Origin: a virus
Lineage: Duplodnaviria > Caudoviricetes
Virus record (IMG/VR): IMGVR_UViG_3300045012_000081
Span: 1-50,046 of that record
Length of the DNA: 50,046 nucleotides
Strand: one strand, 5' to 3'
Shown here: in pieces, positions 35,301 through 44,192 of the stretch
Layout of the letters: each line of letters begins with the position of its first letter
Position numbering within the stretch: position 1 is the stretch's first letter
The notes under the pieces: model-generated
What the model was told of the DNA's origin: nothing
The model's input: only the letters and a program-made list of their open reading frames with translations
Databases searched by the model: none
Program-made: the position numbers and the translations under genes

Positions 35301-35419
35301 ATAGATAGGGTTTGGCAACGGAGGTTATCATGTAACCCGCATCCGGGCGCGGTACGCTAACACGAGATTAAGTGAATGATACGCGCAACAGGCCCCGCGC
35401 GGTGAAGTCGGGGCCAAGT

Positions 35420-35491
35420 GGGTGGAGCAGGGGCAGTTTAGTGCTTTGGTAAGCACAGAAACTCTGGGTTCGAGTCCTAGTCCACCCGCCA
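35420..35491 (+). tRNA. atypical tRNA-like RNA, Thr(GGU)-like with 8-nt anticodon loop and shortened D region
   Basis: Acceptor GGGTGGA/TCCACCC+G+CCA; T arm CTGGG-TTCGAGT-CCTAG; anticodon arm GTGC-TTTGGTAA-GCAC. Confidence 0.65.
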
Positions 35492-35518
35492 ATAGGCAAG
35501 TGTCAACGGAGACACGTC

Positions 35519-35740
35519 ATGTTAGTTCGACTTCAGTTCATAGTCAGCCTAGGCGACGCAGGGACTGCGCTTGCTTGGCCCGCTGATAACAAACCCCTCG
35601 GCCTTCGCTTAACCTACGAGCCGTTGTCATCCATCGGCTATGGCAGCGAAGCCATCGCAATCGCCGACCTCGATCGCTGGCTCTCCCTCTTTCCTTGCAT
35701 TACTGCGGCCGAGACTGTTGTTCTCGGTTTGGAGCACTGA
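35519..35740 (+). CDS. hypothetical protein
   Basis: GGAG RBS. Confidence 0.5.
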   Translation: MLVRLQFIVSLGDAGTALAWPADNKPLGLRLTYEPLSSIGYGSEAIAIADLDRWLSLFPCITAAETVVLGLEH

Positions 35741-35742
35741 TC

Positions 35743-36120
35743 ATGCTGCCCTCATTCGATTCCCTCATCGCCTCCGCGCGCGAGCAAATCCGCCCCTATC
35801 GTTGGCTGGTGAAACAAAGTCGCTGCCGCGCATGCGGTGAAGTGCATGAGCAACAGCCCCTCCTCATGTGCGATGGAGACAATGGCTGGAGCTTCACTTG
35901 CGAAGATGATGGTTCGCATGAGTCCGCGCCAGTTGTTTTTGAGGAACAGATCCTCGCATGGTGCGCGCACTGTCATTCACCTGCCGCCCAAGAGCTAACG
36001 AAGCTCGCGCGCGAGGCACTCGATATGTATTCTAACTCCACTACGCTAGCCGTTCGGCTCCAGATCGCTCTGCGCCGATTCGAGCTGGCGCAAACCAAGG
36101 AGCGCTTTCACCATGCCTAA
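35743..36120 (+). CDS. hypothetical Zn-finger protein
   Basis: CRACGEVH...WCAHC. Confidence 0.55.
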   Translation: MLPSFDSLIASAREQIRPYRWLVKQSRCRACGEVHEQQPLLMCDGDNGWSFTCEDDGSHESAPVVFEEQILAWCAHCHSPAAQELTKLAREALDMYSNSTTLAVRLQIALRRFELAQTKERFHHA

Positions 36121-36301
36121 GCCACCAAGCGCGGTCCCAACGCGCGAGGTTTTTATCACAATGCCTGAGCCTCTGTACCAACGTATGGAGGCTTTGCTGC
36201 GTTCCGACCTCACAGGGAGCATCCCTTACGGCGCACGACGGGATTTGATCGTCTCGTTGCTCACCAACTATCTCGATATTGTGGAGGGAATTGTAGAATG
36301 A
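36113..36301 (+). CDS. small putative DNA-binding (RHH-like) protein
   Basis: VFITMPEPLYQRME...PYGARRDLIVSLL. Confidence 0.5.
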   Translation: MPKPPSAVPTREVFITMPEPLYQRMEALLRSDLTGSIPYGARRDLIVSLLTNYLDIVEGIVE

Positions 36302-36486
36302 AATCCGTTAATGCTATGCTGCGCCAGCTCCACAATTTGCTCAACACCTCGGACCTCACCCCTTGGGAGCAATCCTTCATCTCCAGCTGCTGGTCGCGCA
36401 GCGAGGAAGGTAGCAACACCGCGCGACTGACCGAACGGCAGGTCGAAGTCGTGCCGGATATTTATCGTAAGCATTTTGGAGACTAA
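36298..36486 (+). CDS. hypothetical protein
   Basis: DLTPWEQSFISS...LTERQVEV..IY. Confidence 0.6.
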   Translation: MKSVNAMLRQLHNLLNTSDLTPWEQSFISSCWSRSEEGSNTARLTERQVEVVPDIYRKHFGD

Positions 36487-36487
36487 T

Positions 36488-36691
36488 ATGAAACGTAAGC
36501 CGGTTCAAATCGCTGTTTGCACGCAAGGCCCGGGCAAGATTCTCGTTGTTCTCGCGGACGACGGGACGCTCTGGCAACGCGTATCGCGCAAGGTGCCTGG
36601 CGGTGACACTGGCGTAACCAAGTACGTGAGCGAGTGGAAAGAAATCCCCGCGCTCCCGTCGGACAACTCCAACTTGACAAAGGTGGCTTAA
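36488..36691 (+). CDS. hypothetical protein
   Basis: RKPVQIAV...LADDGTLW...WKEIPALP, a common small phage family. Confidence 0.6.
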   Translation: MKRKPVQIAVCTQGPGKILVVLADDGTLWQRVSRKVPGGDTGVTKYVSEWKEIPALPSDNSNLTKVA

Positions 36692-36692
36692 A

Positions 36693-37187
36693 ATGATGAC
36701 CCTCTCTCGACGCACCGCATGGTGCGAGGCCCTTCGCAGCTATATGTATACGCGGATTGAAGGAGAAATGCACCGCGGTACCGGCCATTGCGCGCTCGGT
36801 TTGGGCATGCACGTGCTGGGTGTAGGCGAAGGCGAGTTTGCTAACATGCTTCCGCCCGGAACAGCCTGCATGATCGCGCGAATGAATGACGCAGTTAAGC
36901 GCTCGTGGGACGATGCTCCGCGCTTTCGCTACTCGTGGAGCAAGATTGCCGATTGGATTGAGCGCAATGTCCAGTGCGTGAACGATCGTCGCGGATACGA
37001 ATTCATCGAAATCTCGCGCGACGAGAACAGTGTGACGTTGATGCAGATCGAAGGCTACAAATACCTCCTCGACCAAATCGACTGGAGCACGGTCGTAATC
37101 GAACCGCCGAAGCAAAGCGAAACATACACTGGCTTATGCAAGGTGCTCGATCAGTTTAAGGCCGACATCGCGGAGATTTGCACATGA
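36693..37187 (+). CDS. hypothetical protein
   Basis: WCEALRS..Y, HCALG, MND, IADWIE. Confidence 0.6.
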   Translation: MMTLSRRTAWCEALRSYMYTRIEGEMHRGTGHCALGLGMHVLGVGEGEFANMLPPGTACMIARMNDAVKRSWDDAPRFRYSWSKIADWIERNVQCVNDRRGYEFIEISRDENSVTLMQIEGYKYLLDQIDWSTVVIEPPKQSETYTGLCKVLDQFKADIAEICT

Positions 37188-37345
37188 CCGTCAGCGAACT
37201 TATCGCTGCACTTTCGAGCCTCGTTGCTAACGACGACGATGACTCGAAAGTCGCGCAGATGGAAGTTCTCACCACAACCGAGTGCGGGTATGTTGAGGAT
37301 GCTCTCGCACTTCCTTATATCTACAACGGGAGAGTTTTCGTATGA
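37184..37345 (+). CDS. small hypothetical protein (not in ORF track)
   Basis: ATGA coupling at both ends; MTVSELIAALS. Confidence 0.5.
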   Translation: MTVSELIAALSSLVANDDDDSKVAQMEVLTTTECGYVEDALALPYIYNGRVFV

Positions 37346-37566
37346 CCCCTGAACTCAGTGCCCAGCTGGCGCTCTATCGCCAGAAGTGCGCGGACAACAC
37401 CATTACCCGCGACGAGATGCGACTCGCCATCGAGGCCCTGCGCAGTGTCCGCTCGGGGGCAGCTCAGGCCGCCCGCTCGAGTGCCCGCGCAAAGGCACTC
37501 GGCGCCGCGCCAGCAATCAACGCAAACGAGATTCTCAAAGGCCTTGGGGAGATGAAGAGAAAATGA
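37342..37566 (+). CDS. hypothetical protein
   Basis: ATGA-coupled, helical. Confidence 0.6.
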   Translation: MTPELSAQLALYRQKCADNTITRDEMRLAIEALRSVRSGAAQAARSSARAKALGAAPAINANEILKGLGEMKRK

Positions 37567-37787
37567 CCGCGCGAGATCCACAAACTACCCTCATCGACGA
37601 GTGGCGGCCACTGTGGTCTCGCGAATGCGAGATCTGCGGCCAGGTCCCCTGCGTGCAAGGGGTTTCTTACCGTTTCGACGTCAACAACATGCGCGATGCT
37701 TCGCGCGATAAAGTCGAGTACGACGGCACCATGTGCGGCGTTTGCACCTGGGGCGAAGCAGCTTGCGCCGACCCGGAGAACTGGTGA
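37563..37787 (+). CDS. Cys-rich hypothetical protein
   Basis: CEICGQVP...MCGVCTWGEAAC.DPENW. Confidence 0.55.
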   Translation: MTARDPQTTLIDEWRPLWSRECEICGQVPCVQGVSYRFDVNNMRDASRDKVEYDGTMCGVCTWGEAACADPENW

Positions 37788-37925
37788 TGATGCAGTCAAC
37801 CAAGATCTATCTCGATTTCTTATCCTACCGTGCGTGTATGCGCCGCGTAGGAGTCCCCTTCCGCGTAGTTCTCACCTTTGCCGAATACCGCGCGGACTGG
37901 CTGCACTTTTCTTCAGGAGACTAGC

Positions 37926-38315
37926 ATGCAAGAGTTTCAAGTTGGTATCTTCGCCTCGCTCGATAAAAGCTACGAGCGCCTCGAAAGCGGCGAATACGGT
38001 TATGTCGAGCGCATTACCTACCGCGTTCACGACTGGTGCAACGAGCACGGTATCGCGCACTACGCTAAAGAAGGGCACGTATTGGTCGAGATGTGTACTG
38101 TCCGGCTTAGCGCGCCAGTCACACGCCTCTTCATTGTCGAGGGCATGGTCTCTGGTCTCAAAACCAAACGGACAGAGCTCCAAGCCGATACACAAGCCCA
38201 AATCACCGCGATCGACGCGAAGATTAACGAGCTCCTTGCCCTCGAATACTGCCCGGCTGTGCAAGAGCCTGGCTTCGCACCGCGCCGACACAACGACGAC
38301 GTAACAGACGTTTAG
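37926..38315 (+). CDS. hypothetical protein
   Basis: AGGAG RBS; C-terminal coiled coil IDAKINELLALEY. Confidence 0.6.
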   Translation: MQEFQVGIFASLDKSYERLESGEYGYVERITYRVHDWCNEHGIAHYAKEGHVLVEMCTVRLSAPVTRLFIVEGMVSGLKTKRTELQADTQAQITAIDAKINELLALEYCPAVQEPGFAPRRHNDDVTDV

Positions 38316-38320
38316 CCCTC

Positions 38321-38395
38321 GGGTCGCTTAGCTCAGTCGGTAGAGCGTGGCCTGATCAGCTTGCGCGCTGGTTCGAATCCAGCAGCGACCCGCCT
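38321..38395 (+). tRNA. degenerate tRNA-like RNA, Ile(GAU)-like with broken anticodon stem
   Basis: GGGTCGCT/AGCGACCC acceptor; canonical D arm TAGCTCAGTCGGTAGAGC; T arm GCTGG-TTCGAAT-CCAGC; loop CTGATCA in a shortened, mismatched stem; no adjacent CCA. Confidence 0.6.
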
Positions 38396-38401
38396 TCCAT
38401 C

Positions 38402-38421
38402 AGCCTCCTTCGGGAGGCTTT
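38402..38421 (+). terminator. hairpin with C(UUCG)G tetraloop
   Basis: AGCCTCC-TTCG-GGAGGCT-TT directly after the tRNA-like element. Confidence 0.5.
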
Positions 38422-38461
38422 CCCACTGAAGGGGCCTCCTGCCCCAAACTAGGAGCATGGC

Positions 38462-39214
38462 ATGAAATTAGGCATCATAGGATTTTCACTCGCGCTAGCC
38501 GCTTGCGGAGGTGGTGGCTCACCCACTCCCGCGCCAACCAGCGCGGCGTCTACTCCACCCTCTCTTGTCATGTCGAAGCCAGGCCCAGCGCTATCCAACC
38601 TGTCCTCGGTCGTAATCGCTCTCTACGGCGATTCGACGATGTGGGGCACAACGCTCGTCAACGGCGTCTATACCCAGTCGCCAGACAACGAGCCGGCTCT
38701 ACTCCAAATAGCCTTCAACACCAGCTTTCCTGGCCGTGTGGCAGTCCTCAACCGCGCCGTACCGGGCTCTACCTGCCCAGAGCTTCTCTACGGCCAACCG
38801 CCAATCGCCCAGCCTTGGGCGGTGGAGATGGCTTCGTCCCCCGCGCAGATCGTCGCGTGGAACCAAGAAATCAACGATGCGTTCATCCCAGGCTACACCG
38901 ACGCGGATGAAATTTACTGCGAGTCCCAACTCGTCGCTATCGCGCGGACTTACGGCAAGACCGTTCTCATCATGTCCGGCAACCCGATTAACGACTCGCA
39001 CAACTCCATCATGTGGTCGTTGACTCACGACATTCTTTACGTCGGGCAGCAACTCCAAGTTCCCGTCATCGACCAGTGGGACACGATACTTAACTGGTAT
39101 CCGGATTGGCAAGCCGATCTGCCTGACAACATTCACCCCGACGCGCGGCTATACACCTACAAAGCCGGCGTTTCTTATAACATCCTTGAGCCCATTGTGG
39201 CCGGAGCCCTGTAA
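38462..39214 (+). CDS. SGNH/GDSL hydrolase lipoprotein
   Basis: Lipobox LAAC; block I YGDSTMWG, NRAVPG, INDA, DNIHP. Confidence 0.85.
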   Translation: MKLGIIGFSLALAACGGGGSPTPAPTSAASTPPSLVMSKPGPALSNLSSVVIALYGDSTMWGTTLVNGVYTQSPDNEPALLQIAFNTSFPGRVAVLNRAVPGSTCPELLYGQPPIAQPWAVEMASSPAQIVAWNQEINDAFIPGYTDADEIYCESQLVAIARTYGKTVLIMSGNPINDSHNSIMWSLTHDILYVGQQLQVPVIDQWDTILNWYPDWQADLPDNIHPDARLYTYKAGVSYNILEPIVAGAL

Positions 39215-39359
39215 TGGATATTCTCAACCGCATTCACTACGACGACATACGAGGGACTTGGAAAGTCTTCCTCGCTGGCAAAGACGTCGGGAAGGAATTC
39301 AAGACCTCCTCCGAAGCCTTTGCACACTTGCAATCTCTCCTCAAGCCCGGAGCCAAGCC

Positions 39360-39683
39360 ATGAGCCTATGCATCAAGACCGGCGCGGATCTGTGGATCGT
39401 CTCGCGCAATGCCGTTGTCCACTGCGATGCGTACTACGTCGCGCATGAAGGTGGCGCAGGCAACGAGCCAGGCTGTTACGTCTTTCGCCATGCGCAAGGA
39501 GCTTGGTTTTACCCCTCCGGCAAGGCGCGCGAACAATCCAAGGCCCATTGCCACTTTTGGCTCCTCGACGCAGCCATCGACGCACAGCATCGCATCCTCG
39601 AGCTCGAAACCGCTTACGTCATTGTAGCTCCCGAAGGTGACGTACTCGATAACCTCAACTGGGAAACCGGAGATCACGTATGA
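39360..39683 (+). CDS. hypothetical protein
   Basis: Probable start MSLCIKT; ATGA overlap with rtcB. Confidence 0.5.
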   Translation: MSLCIKTGADLWIVSRNAVVHCDAYYVAHEGGAGNEPGCYVFRHAQGAWFYPSGKAREQSKAHCHFWLLDAAIDAQHRILELETAYVIVAPEGDVLDNLNWETGDHV

Positions 39684-40867
39684 AAGTCATCCAAGAGGCT
39701 GGTCATCGCCCGATCAAAATCTGGACCGACAACGTCGAAGCTAGCGCCATGTCTCAGCTTCTCAACATGGCGCGCATGCCTTTTATCGCCTCCAATGGCG
39801 TAGCTTGCATGCCAGACGTCCACGCAGGCATTGGCGCGACGGTCGGAACCGTCATTGCTACTCATCAAGCTCTCATCCCTGCCGCAGTCGGGGTTGATAT
39901 TGGCTGCGGTATGAATGCTGTACGCTTGTCTCTAAAGGCCAGCGATTTGCCAGATAGCTTGCTTGCGATCCGCCATCAGATTGAGCGGGACGTTCCTCTT
40001 GGCAAGGGTGGCGCGCATCAGCCTAACCGGTTGCCGAGCATCGCCAGCTCCGAGCACGCAATGTGGACTGAACTCGAGCGGATTACTGTGATGCATCCTC
40101 TTCTCGCGAAAAACCATGCGCGGCGGCAGCTTGGCACCCTTGGCTCTGGCAATCACTTCATCGAGCTTTGCGTAGACGAAAACCAAGACGTTTGGATTAT
40201 GCTTCACTCCGGCTCGCGCGGCGTCGGCAACATGATCGGTCGCTACTTTATCGAGCGCGCAAAACGCGAGATGGAGCGGTACTTCATTACGCTCCCCGAC
40301 CAGGACCTCGCCTATTTCCCCGAAAACACGAGCGACTTCAACGACTACGTCGAGGCTATGAACTGGGCGCAAGACTACGCGCTCGAGAACCGGCGCCAGA
40401 TGATGAACGCGATACTTCATGCTTTGCTCGGAAAGGTACCGTCTTTCTCGGTCACGCACGAGGCCATTAACTGCCACCATAACTACACCACGCGGGAGAA
40501 TCATTTTGGCAAAAACCTGTGGATTACGCGCAAAGGAGCAATCCGCGCACGATCTGGTGATATGGGAATCATCCCAGGCAGCATGGGCACGCGTAGTTAC
40601 ATTGTACGAGGCCTTGGGAATACTGAGTCATACTGCAGCTGTAGCCACGGCGCAGGCCGTTGTATGTCCCGTACCGCCGCGCGGCGCCAGTTCACCATCG
40701 CGGACCTCGTTGCCCAGACCGCCGGAGTCGAGTGCCGCAAAGACGAGGCTGTGCTCGACGAGTTACCGTCTGGGTACAAAGACATCGACCAAGTAATGGC
40801 GAATCAAACCGACTTGGTCGAAGTCGTCCATACCCTCAAGCAAGTTCTTTGCGTCAAAGGAGCGTAG
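39680..40867 (+). CDS. rtcB: RtcB 3'-phosphate/5'-OH RNA ligase
   Basis: MPDVHAG, GVDIGCGM, GTLGSGNHFIE, HSGSRG, HHNY, RKGA, PGSMG, SHGAGR, YKDID.VM. Confidence 0.95.
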   Translation: MKVIQEAGHRPIKIWTDNVEASAMSQLLNMARMPFIASNGVACMPDVHAGIGATVGTVIATHQALIPAAVGVDIGCGMNAVRLSLKASDLPDSLLAIRHQIERDVPLGKGGAHQPNRLPSIASSEHAMWTELERITVMHPLLAKNHARRQLGTLGSGNHFIELCVDENQDVWIMLHSGSRGVGNMIGRYFIERAKREMERYFITLPDQDLAYFPENTSDFNDYVEAMNWAQDYALENRRQMMNAILHALLGKVPSFSVTHEAINCHHNYTTRENHFGKNLWITRKGAIRARSGDMGIIPGSMGTRSYIVRGLGNTESYCSCSHGAGRCMSRTAARRQFTIADLVAQTAGVECRKDEAVLDELPSGYKDIDQVMANQTDLVEVVHTLKQVLCVKGA

Positions 40868-40868
40868 T

Positions 40869-41852
40869 ATGAAAGACAGCCATTCGCGCCAATTCCCTTC
40901 CGTCATTGACTCAACGATGATCGCTGCCCTCGCGTGCCACCGTCGATGGGACTTTGCTTATCAGCAAAACTATATCCCTGATGCGCGCAAGTCCATTCAC
41001 CTCATGGCAGGAGCTAGCTTTGCAAAAGGCCTCGAAGTCATGCGTCTTGCGTGGTCACAAGGTTACTATGACCGACCAGTATACAGAAACTATGTGGACG
41101 AAGCTGGAAATGACCAAAGAGAACTGGACTATCATGAGCACTGCGTTATCGAATCTACCGATGACGCTCTCCAACTCGGCCTTGAAGCCCTCATGCTCGC
41201 CTACGACGAATCCGTGGAGCATAACACAGCTAAAACCCTCGATCGCATGTGTGGAGCCTTGGAATACTACGCCTCCGTCTTTCCCATTGACGATCTCGAG
41301 TTTGGCACCCTTTCGCGCATCAACGATCGCCCGGCAATTGAGTGGAATTTCTGTGCTCCGTTACCTGTTCTTCATCCCGAGACGAACGAACCGCTCTTGT
41401 ACGCCGGGAGACTTGACTGCATTCTGGATGCTTACGGCGGCCGGTATCTTACTGACGATAAAACAACCTCTAGCCTTGGGGCCAGTTGGGCCAATCAATG
41501 GGATATGCGCGGGCAGTTTGTCTCATATGCGTGGGGAGCATCCGAATCTGGTCTACAGATCGATGGTACGCTCGTTCGCGGTATCTCGATCCTCAAGACC
41601 AAGTACGACCATGCCCAAGCCATAGTCCACCAGCCTCGCTGGAAGATCGACGAATGGTTCGCGTCAACCTGCGAGAAGCTTCGCTACGCAATTGACCTCT
41701 ATCGGCGCGGCATCAACGTGGCTGCGTTCGGCGAGGCCTGCAACGAATACGGCGGTTGTGAGTTCAAAACCGTCTGCATGGTCAAGGACCACCCAGCGTG
41801 GATGAACGCAAACTTCGACCAGCGTAACTGGAACCCTTTGGAGCGTCACTAA
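40869..41852 (+). CDS. Cas4/RecB-like PD-(D/E)XK exonuclease
   Basis: N-terminal ACHRR, AGRLD, DDKTT, QFVSYAW, C-terminal CNEYGGCEFKTVC Cys cluster. Confidence 0.85.
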   Translation: MKDSHSRQFPSVIDSTMIAALACHRRWDFAYQQNYIPDARKSIHLMAGASFAKGLEVMRLAWSQGYYDRPVYRNYVDEAGNDQRELDYHEHCVIESTDDALQLGLEALMLAYDESVEHNTAKTLDRMCGALEYYASVFPIDDLEFGTLSRINDRPAIEWNFCAPLPVLHPETNEPLLYAGRLDCILDAYGGRYLTDDKTTSSLGASWANQWDMRGQFVSYAWGASESGLQIDGTLVRGISILKTKYDHAQAIVHQPRWKIDEWFASTCEKLRYAIDLYRRGINVAAFGEACNEYGGCEFKTVCMVKDHPAWMNANFDQRNWNPLERH

Positions 41853-41853
41853 C

Positions 41854-42138
41854 ATGCTCGAACGCCTTCGCTTGTTCTCCCACATCAAGCACCGCAAAAG
41901 TGGGAAAGAGTTCTCGACGCTCCAGAAACTCAACCTCTTCTACTACGCCCAGCGGCGCACGGTCCTCATGCTGCGGTCGCAGTTAGAGCTCCTCGCCGCC
42001 GCGAACCCGACCATCAAAACGCAGTGCTACGATGCACTTCGATCGGTCGGCGCATGCGAGGACGCGCTGTTTAACGAATACACGCGAGATCGCAACGCGC
42101 TTCTTCTACACAAGATGGAGGTGGTTGAAAATGGCTGA
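41854..42138 (+). CDS. hypothetical protein
   Basis: Operon-coupled ORF. Confidence 0.5.
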   Translation: MLERLRLFSHIKHRKSGKEFSTLQKLNLFYYAQRRTVLMLRSQLELLAAANPTIKTQCYDALRSVGACEDALFNEYTRDRNALLLHKMEVVENG

Positions 42139-42493
42139 TCATGAATGGCAAATCGGGGACGAAGTCGAGTACATTTACTCCAGTGGTAAGCCCTCTGGTC
42201 ACTTCGGTATTATATTTGAGCTCAAGCCAAAAGAAAGCAGCTATAAGCAATTTGTCTCTGTCCGTGACTACACTTGTAATTCTTGTGGTTTAGACCGTTA
42301 TGAAGGAGATCAACATTACGTTCTCTGGTATGCCGAGGGTTTACCAACCGAGGAAGAGCGCATTGAAAGCGGTTGGCTCAGTCTGCGCAAGCCCTCACCA
42401 CAGGCCGAAACCCGCATTGGTCTCTGCCGCGAATCCATCGACTGGACCGCGCACGAGGAACTCAAACGCCTAGCCCTGGGGAACCAAAAATGA
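42131..42493 (+). CDS. hypothetical protein
   Basis: GGAGG RBS; WQIGDEVEY. Confidence 0.5.
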   Translation: MADHEWQIGDEVEYIYSSGKPSGHFGIIFELKPKESSYKQFVSVRDYTCNSCGLDRYEGDQHYVLWYAEGLPTEEERIESGWLSLRKPSPQAETRIGLCRESIDWTAHEELKRLALGNQK

Positions 42494-42705
42494 CCATCCG
42501 CTCCCGCACGGCGAAAGCCGTTCTCAAGCGAACTGCGACGGAGGTCCGTTACCCGGAGCCCGGCTTTGTCGAGCTCTCCTTGTCCGCGCATGAAGCCCAG
42601 CTCCTGCGTCAGATCGCCCAGTATCTGGCCACCGACGGTGACGAACTGCCGGTCAACCTTGCCGAAGCGATACAGTTCGCCGGCTGGCTAGTGAGGAAAC
42701 TATGA
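42490..42705 (+). CDS. hypothetical protein
   Basis: ATGA coupling. Confidence 0.5.
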   Translation: MTIRSRTAKAVLKRTATEVRYPEPGFVELSLSAHEAQLLRQIAQYLATDGDELPVNLAEAIQFAGWLVRKL

Positions 42706-42893
42706 AGCTCAAACCCGGAACGTTCACTCGCTATGGCAGCTCGTTTTACTACATGCCGCATCCAGATACCGTTCGTATGCGCTCTAGCTGGTTACCTTGG
42801 CGCGCCATTGCCGCGAGACGCTACATGGACCAAGAGTGCTCCGAATACTGCGACAAGCTCTACAACGAGCCGGAGCAGGAGCCCAAGCCGTGA
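42702..42893 (+). CDS. hypothetical protein
   Basis: ATGA coupling. Confidence 0.5.
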   Translation: MKLKPGTFTRYGSSFYYMPHPDTVRMRSSWLPWRAIAARRYMDQECSEYCDKLYNEPEQEPKP

Positions 42894-43186
42894 CCTCCTA
42901 CACCCACTTCACCGTCGAGGCCGAACATGTTTTCACAGAGGAGCTCTTCCCCTACTCCCAAAACATTGCGTTTCTCTGCGAGATTTGTGGACGAGAATGG
43001 GCGCGATGTGAGTTTAGCAAAAGTGCCAGATGGCGTTTTATTACAGACCACTGTGCACAGTGTGACGCTTCGTGGGGAGGTTCTTTGTTTAACCTACATG
43101 ATAAGCAGTTCCATGCTTGTCTCCCCCGCGCGGTCTTGATGCGGGAATTACTCTTGGAGCTTTCGCGCCATGGCACTGCTATTTGA
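42890..43186 (+). CDS. putative Zn-finger protein
   Basis: GTGA coupling; FLCEICGREWAR...HCAQC. Confidence 0.55.
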   Translation: MTSYTHFTVEAEHVFTEELFPYSQNIAFLCEICGREWARCEFSKSARWRFITDHCAQCDASWGGSLFNLHDKQFHACLPRAVLMRELLLELSRHGTAI

Positions 43187-43409
43187 AGCCGTTGTTCCCG
43201 CCGGCCAGCGTCTCGCGCAAGGAGGCGGCTGTAACTTTTTCTGGCTCCAGTTTAACAACTGTGCCGGAGAGTCATTGAAGATCACCGTCGAGACTCTCTC
43301 CAAAGTCGCGCTCGATCCAACCGATGGTGTTGTGCTATCCGACTTTGCTGACGAGGAAGAGCCAGACGAGATCCCACCGCACGACTACCTGCCGCGAGGC
43401 TTCTTGTGA
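43170..43409 (+). CDS. hypothetical protein
   Basis: GGAG RBS; acidic C-terminus. Confidence 0.45.
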   Translation: MALLFEAVVPAGQRLAQGGGCNFFWLQFNNCAGESLKITVETLSKVALDPTDGVVLSDFADEEEPDEIPPHDYLPRGFL

Positions 43410-43666
43410 GACGTAACAACACCAGCGGCATCGTTGGCGTATGTTGGGAGCCCTCCAACCAACGATGGTCAGCTAAAGCCTATAGCGGCGGCAAACGCCA
43501 CCTCCTCTACGAAGGCCCAAACTTTCTAACTGCATGTTGTGCGCGCAAATCCTGGGAAAACCAAGTGCGCAAAGGAGCCAATCATGAAACTGACCTACGA
43601 CGAGCTTTTAGCCCTGTCGTCCCATCGGCAGATCACCTCGCGTGCACAGCTGTCTGCTTACCTTGA
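43406..43666 (+). CDS. stand-alone AP2-like DNA-binding domain protein
   Basis: RRNNTSGIVGVCW....RWSAK...ACCARKSWE. Confidence 0.65.
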   Translation: MRRNNTSGIVGVCWEPSNQRWSAKAYSGGKRHLLYEGPNFLTACCARKSWENQVRKGANHETDLRRAFSPVVPSADHLACTAVCLP

Positions 43667-44192
43667 CAATGACGCGCTCGAGTGCTTGATCTGCGGCAAG
43701 TGCTTCATTAACCTCGGCGCGCATATCAAGCCCGCGCACAACGTCACGGTGATCGAGTACAAGCGCGCCTTCGGTATTCCGCGGCGTTATGGAGTCATCG
43801 GCCGCGCGATGAAAGCGCACCTTCAAGACCTCGCGCACTCTCCGCATCGCATCGAGGAAGCTCGCGCGCTAGGCCAGATCTACGGCCATGACAACGGCGG
43901 ATTGCATCTAACCAAGCCCCCTCTCTACAGCCAACAAACGAGAGGGAATAGCAAACCCAAGGTTTTGCCGACGATAAAACCCGAGGTTATTCAGCAAACT
44001 TACGTCGCGACGCGCAAAACGTTTAACGAGTGGGCCGAAGAGCAGGCTAAACTCAAGGGGCAAACAGAGCCTCCCGTAGATTCTATGAAGACCTACGACG
44101 AACACTCGGCCCAGCACCGACTAGCAAAGCTCGAGGGCCTTATGCTAGTTTTCTACACTGCCCTCAAGGAGTATTTCCGTGAAACTACTTGA
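43584..44192 (+). CDS. MucR/Ros-like zinc-finger protein
   Basis: DALECLICGKCFINLGAHIKPAHNVTVIEYKRAFGIP; AAGGAG RBS. Confidence 0.65.
   Translation: MKLTYDELLALSSHRQITSRAQLSAYLDNDALECLICGKCFINLGAHIKPAHNVTVIEYKRAFGIPRRYGVIGRAMKAHLQDLAHSPHRIEEARALGQIYGHDNGGLHLTKPPLYSQQTRGNSKPKVLPTIKPEVIQQTYVATRKTFNEWAEEQAKLKGQTEPPVDSMKTYDEHSAQHRLAKLEGLMLVFYTALKEYFRETT

Noticed and set aside
40869-41852. CRISPR-Cas system suggested by the Cas4-like gene
   Set aside because: No repeat-spacer array or other cas genes; solo Cas4-like exonucleases are common in phage recombination modules.
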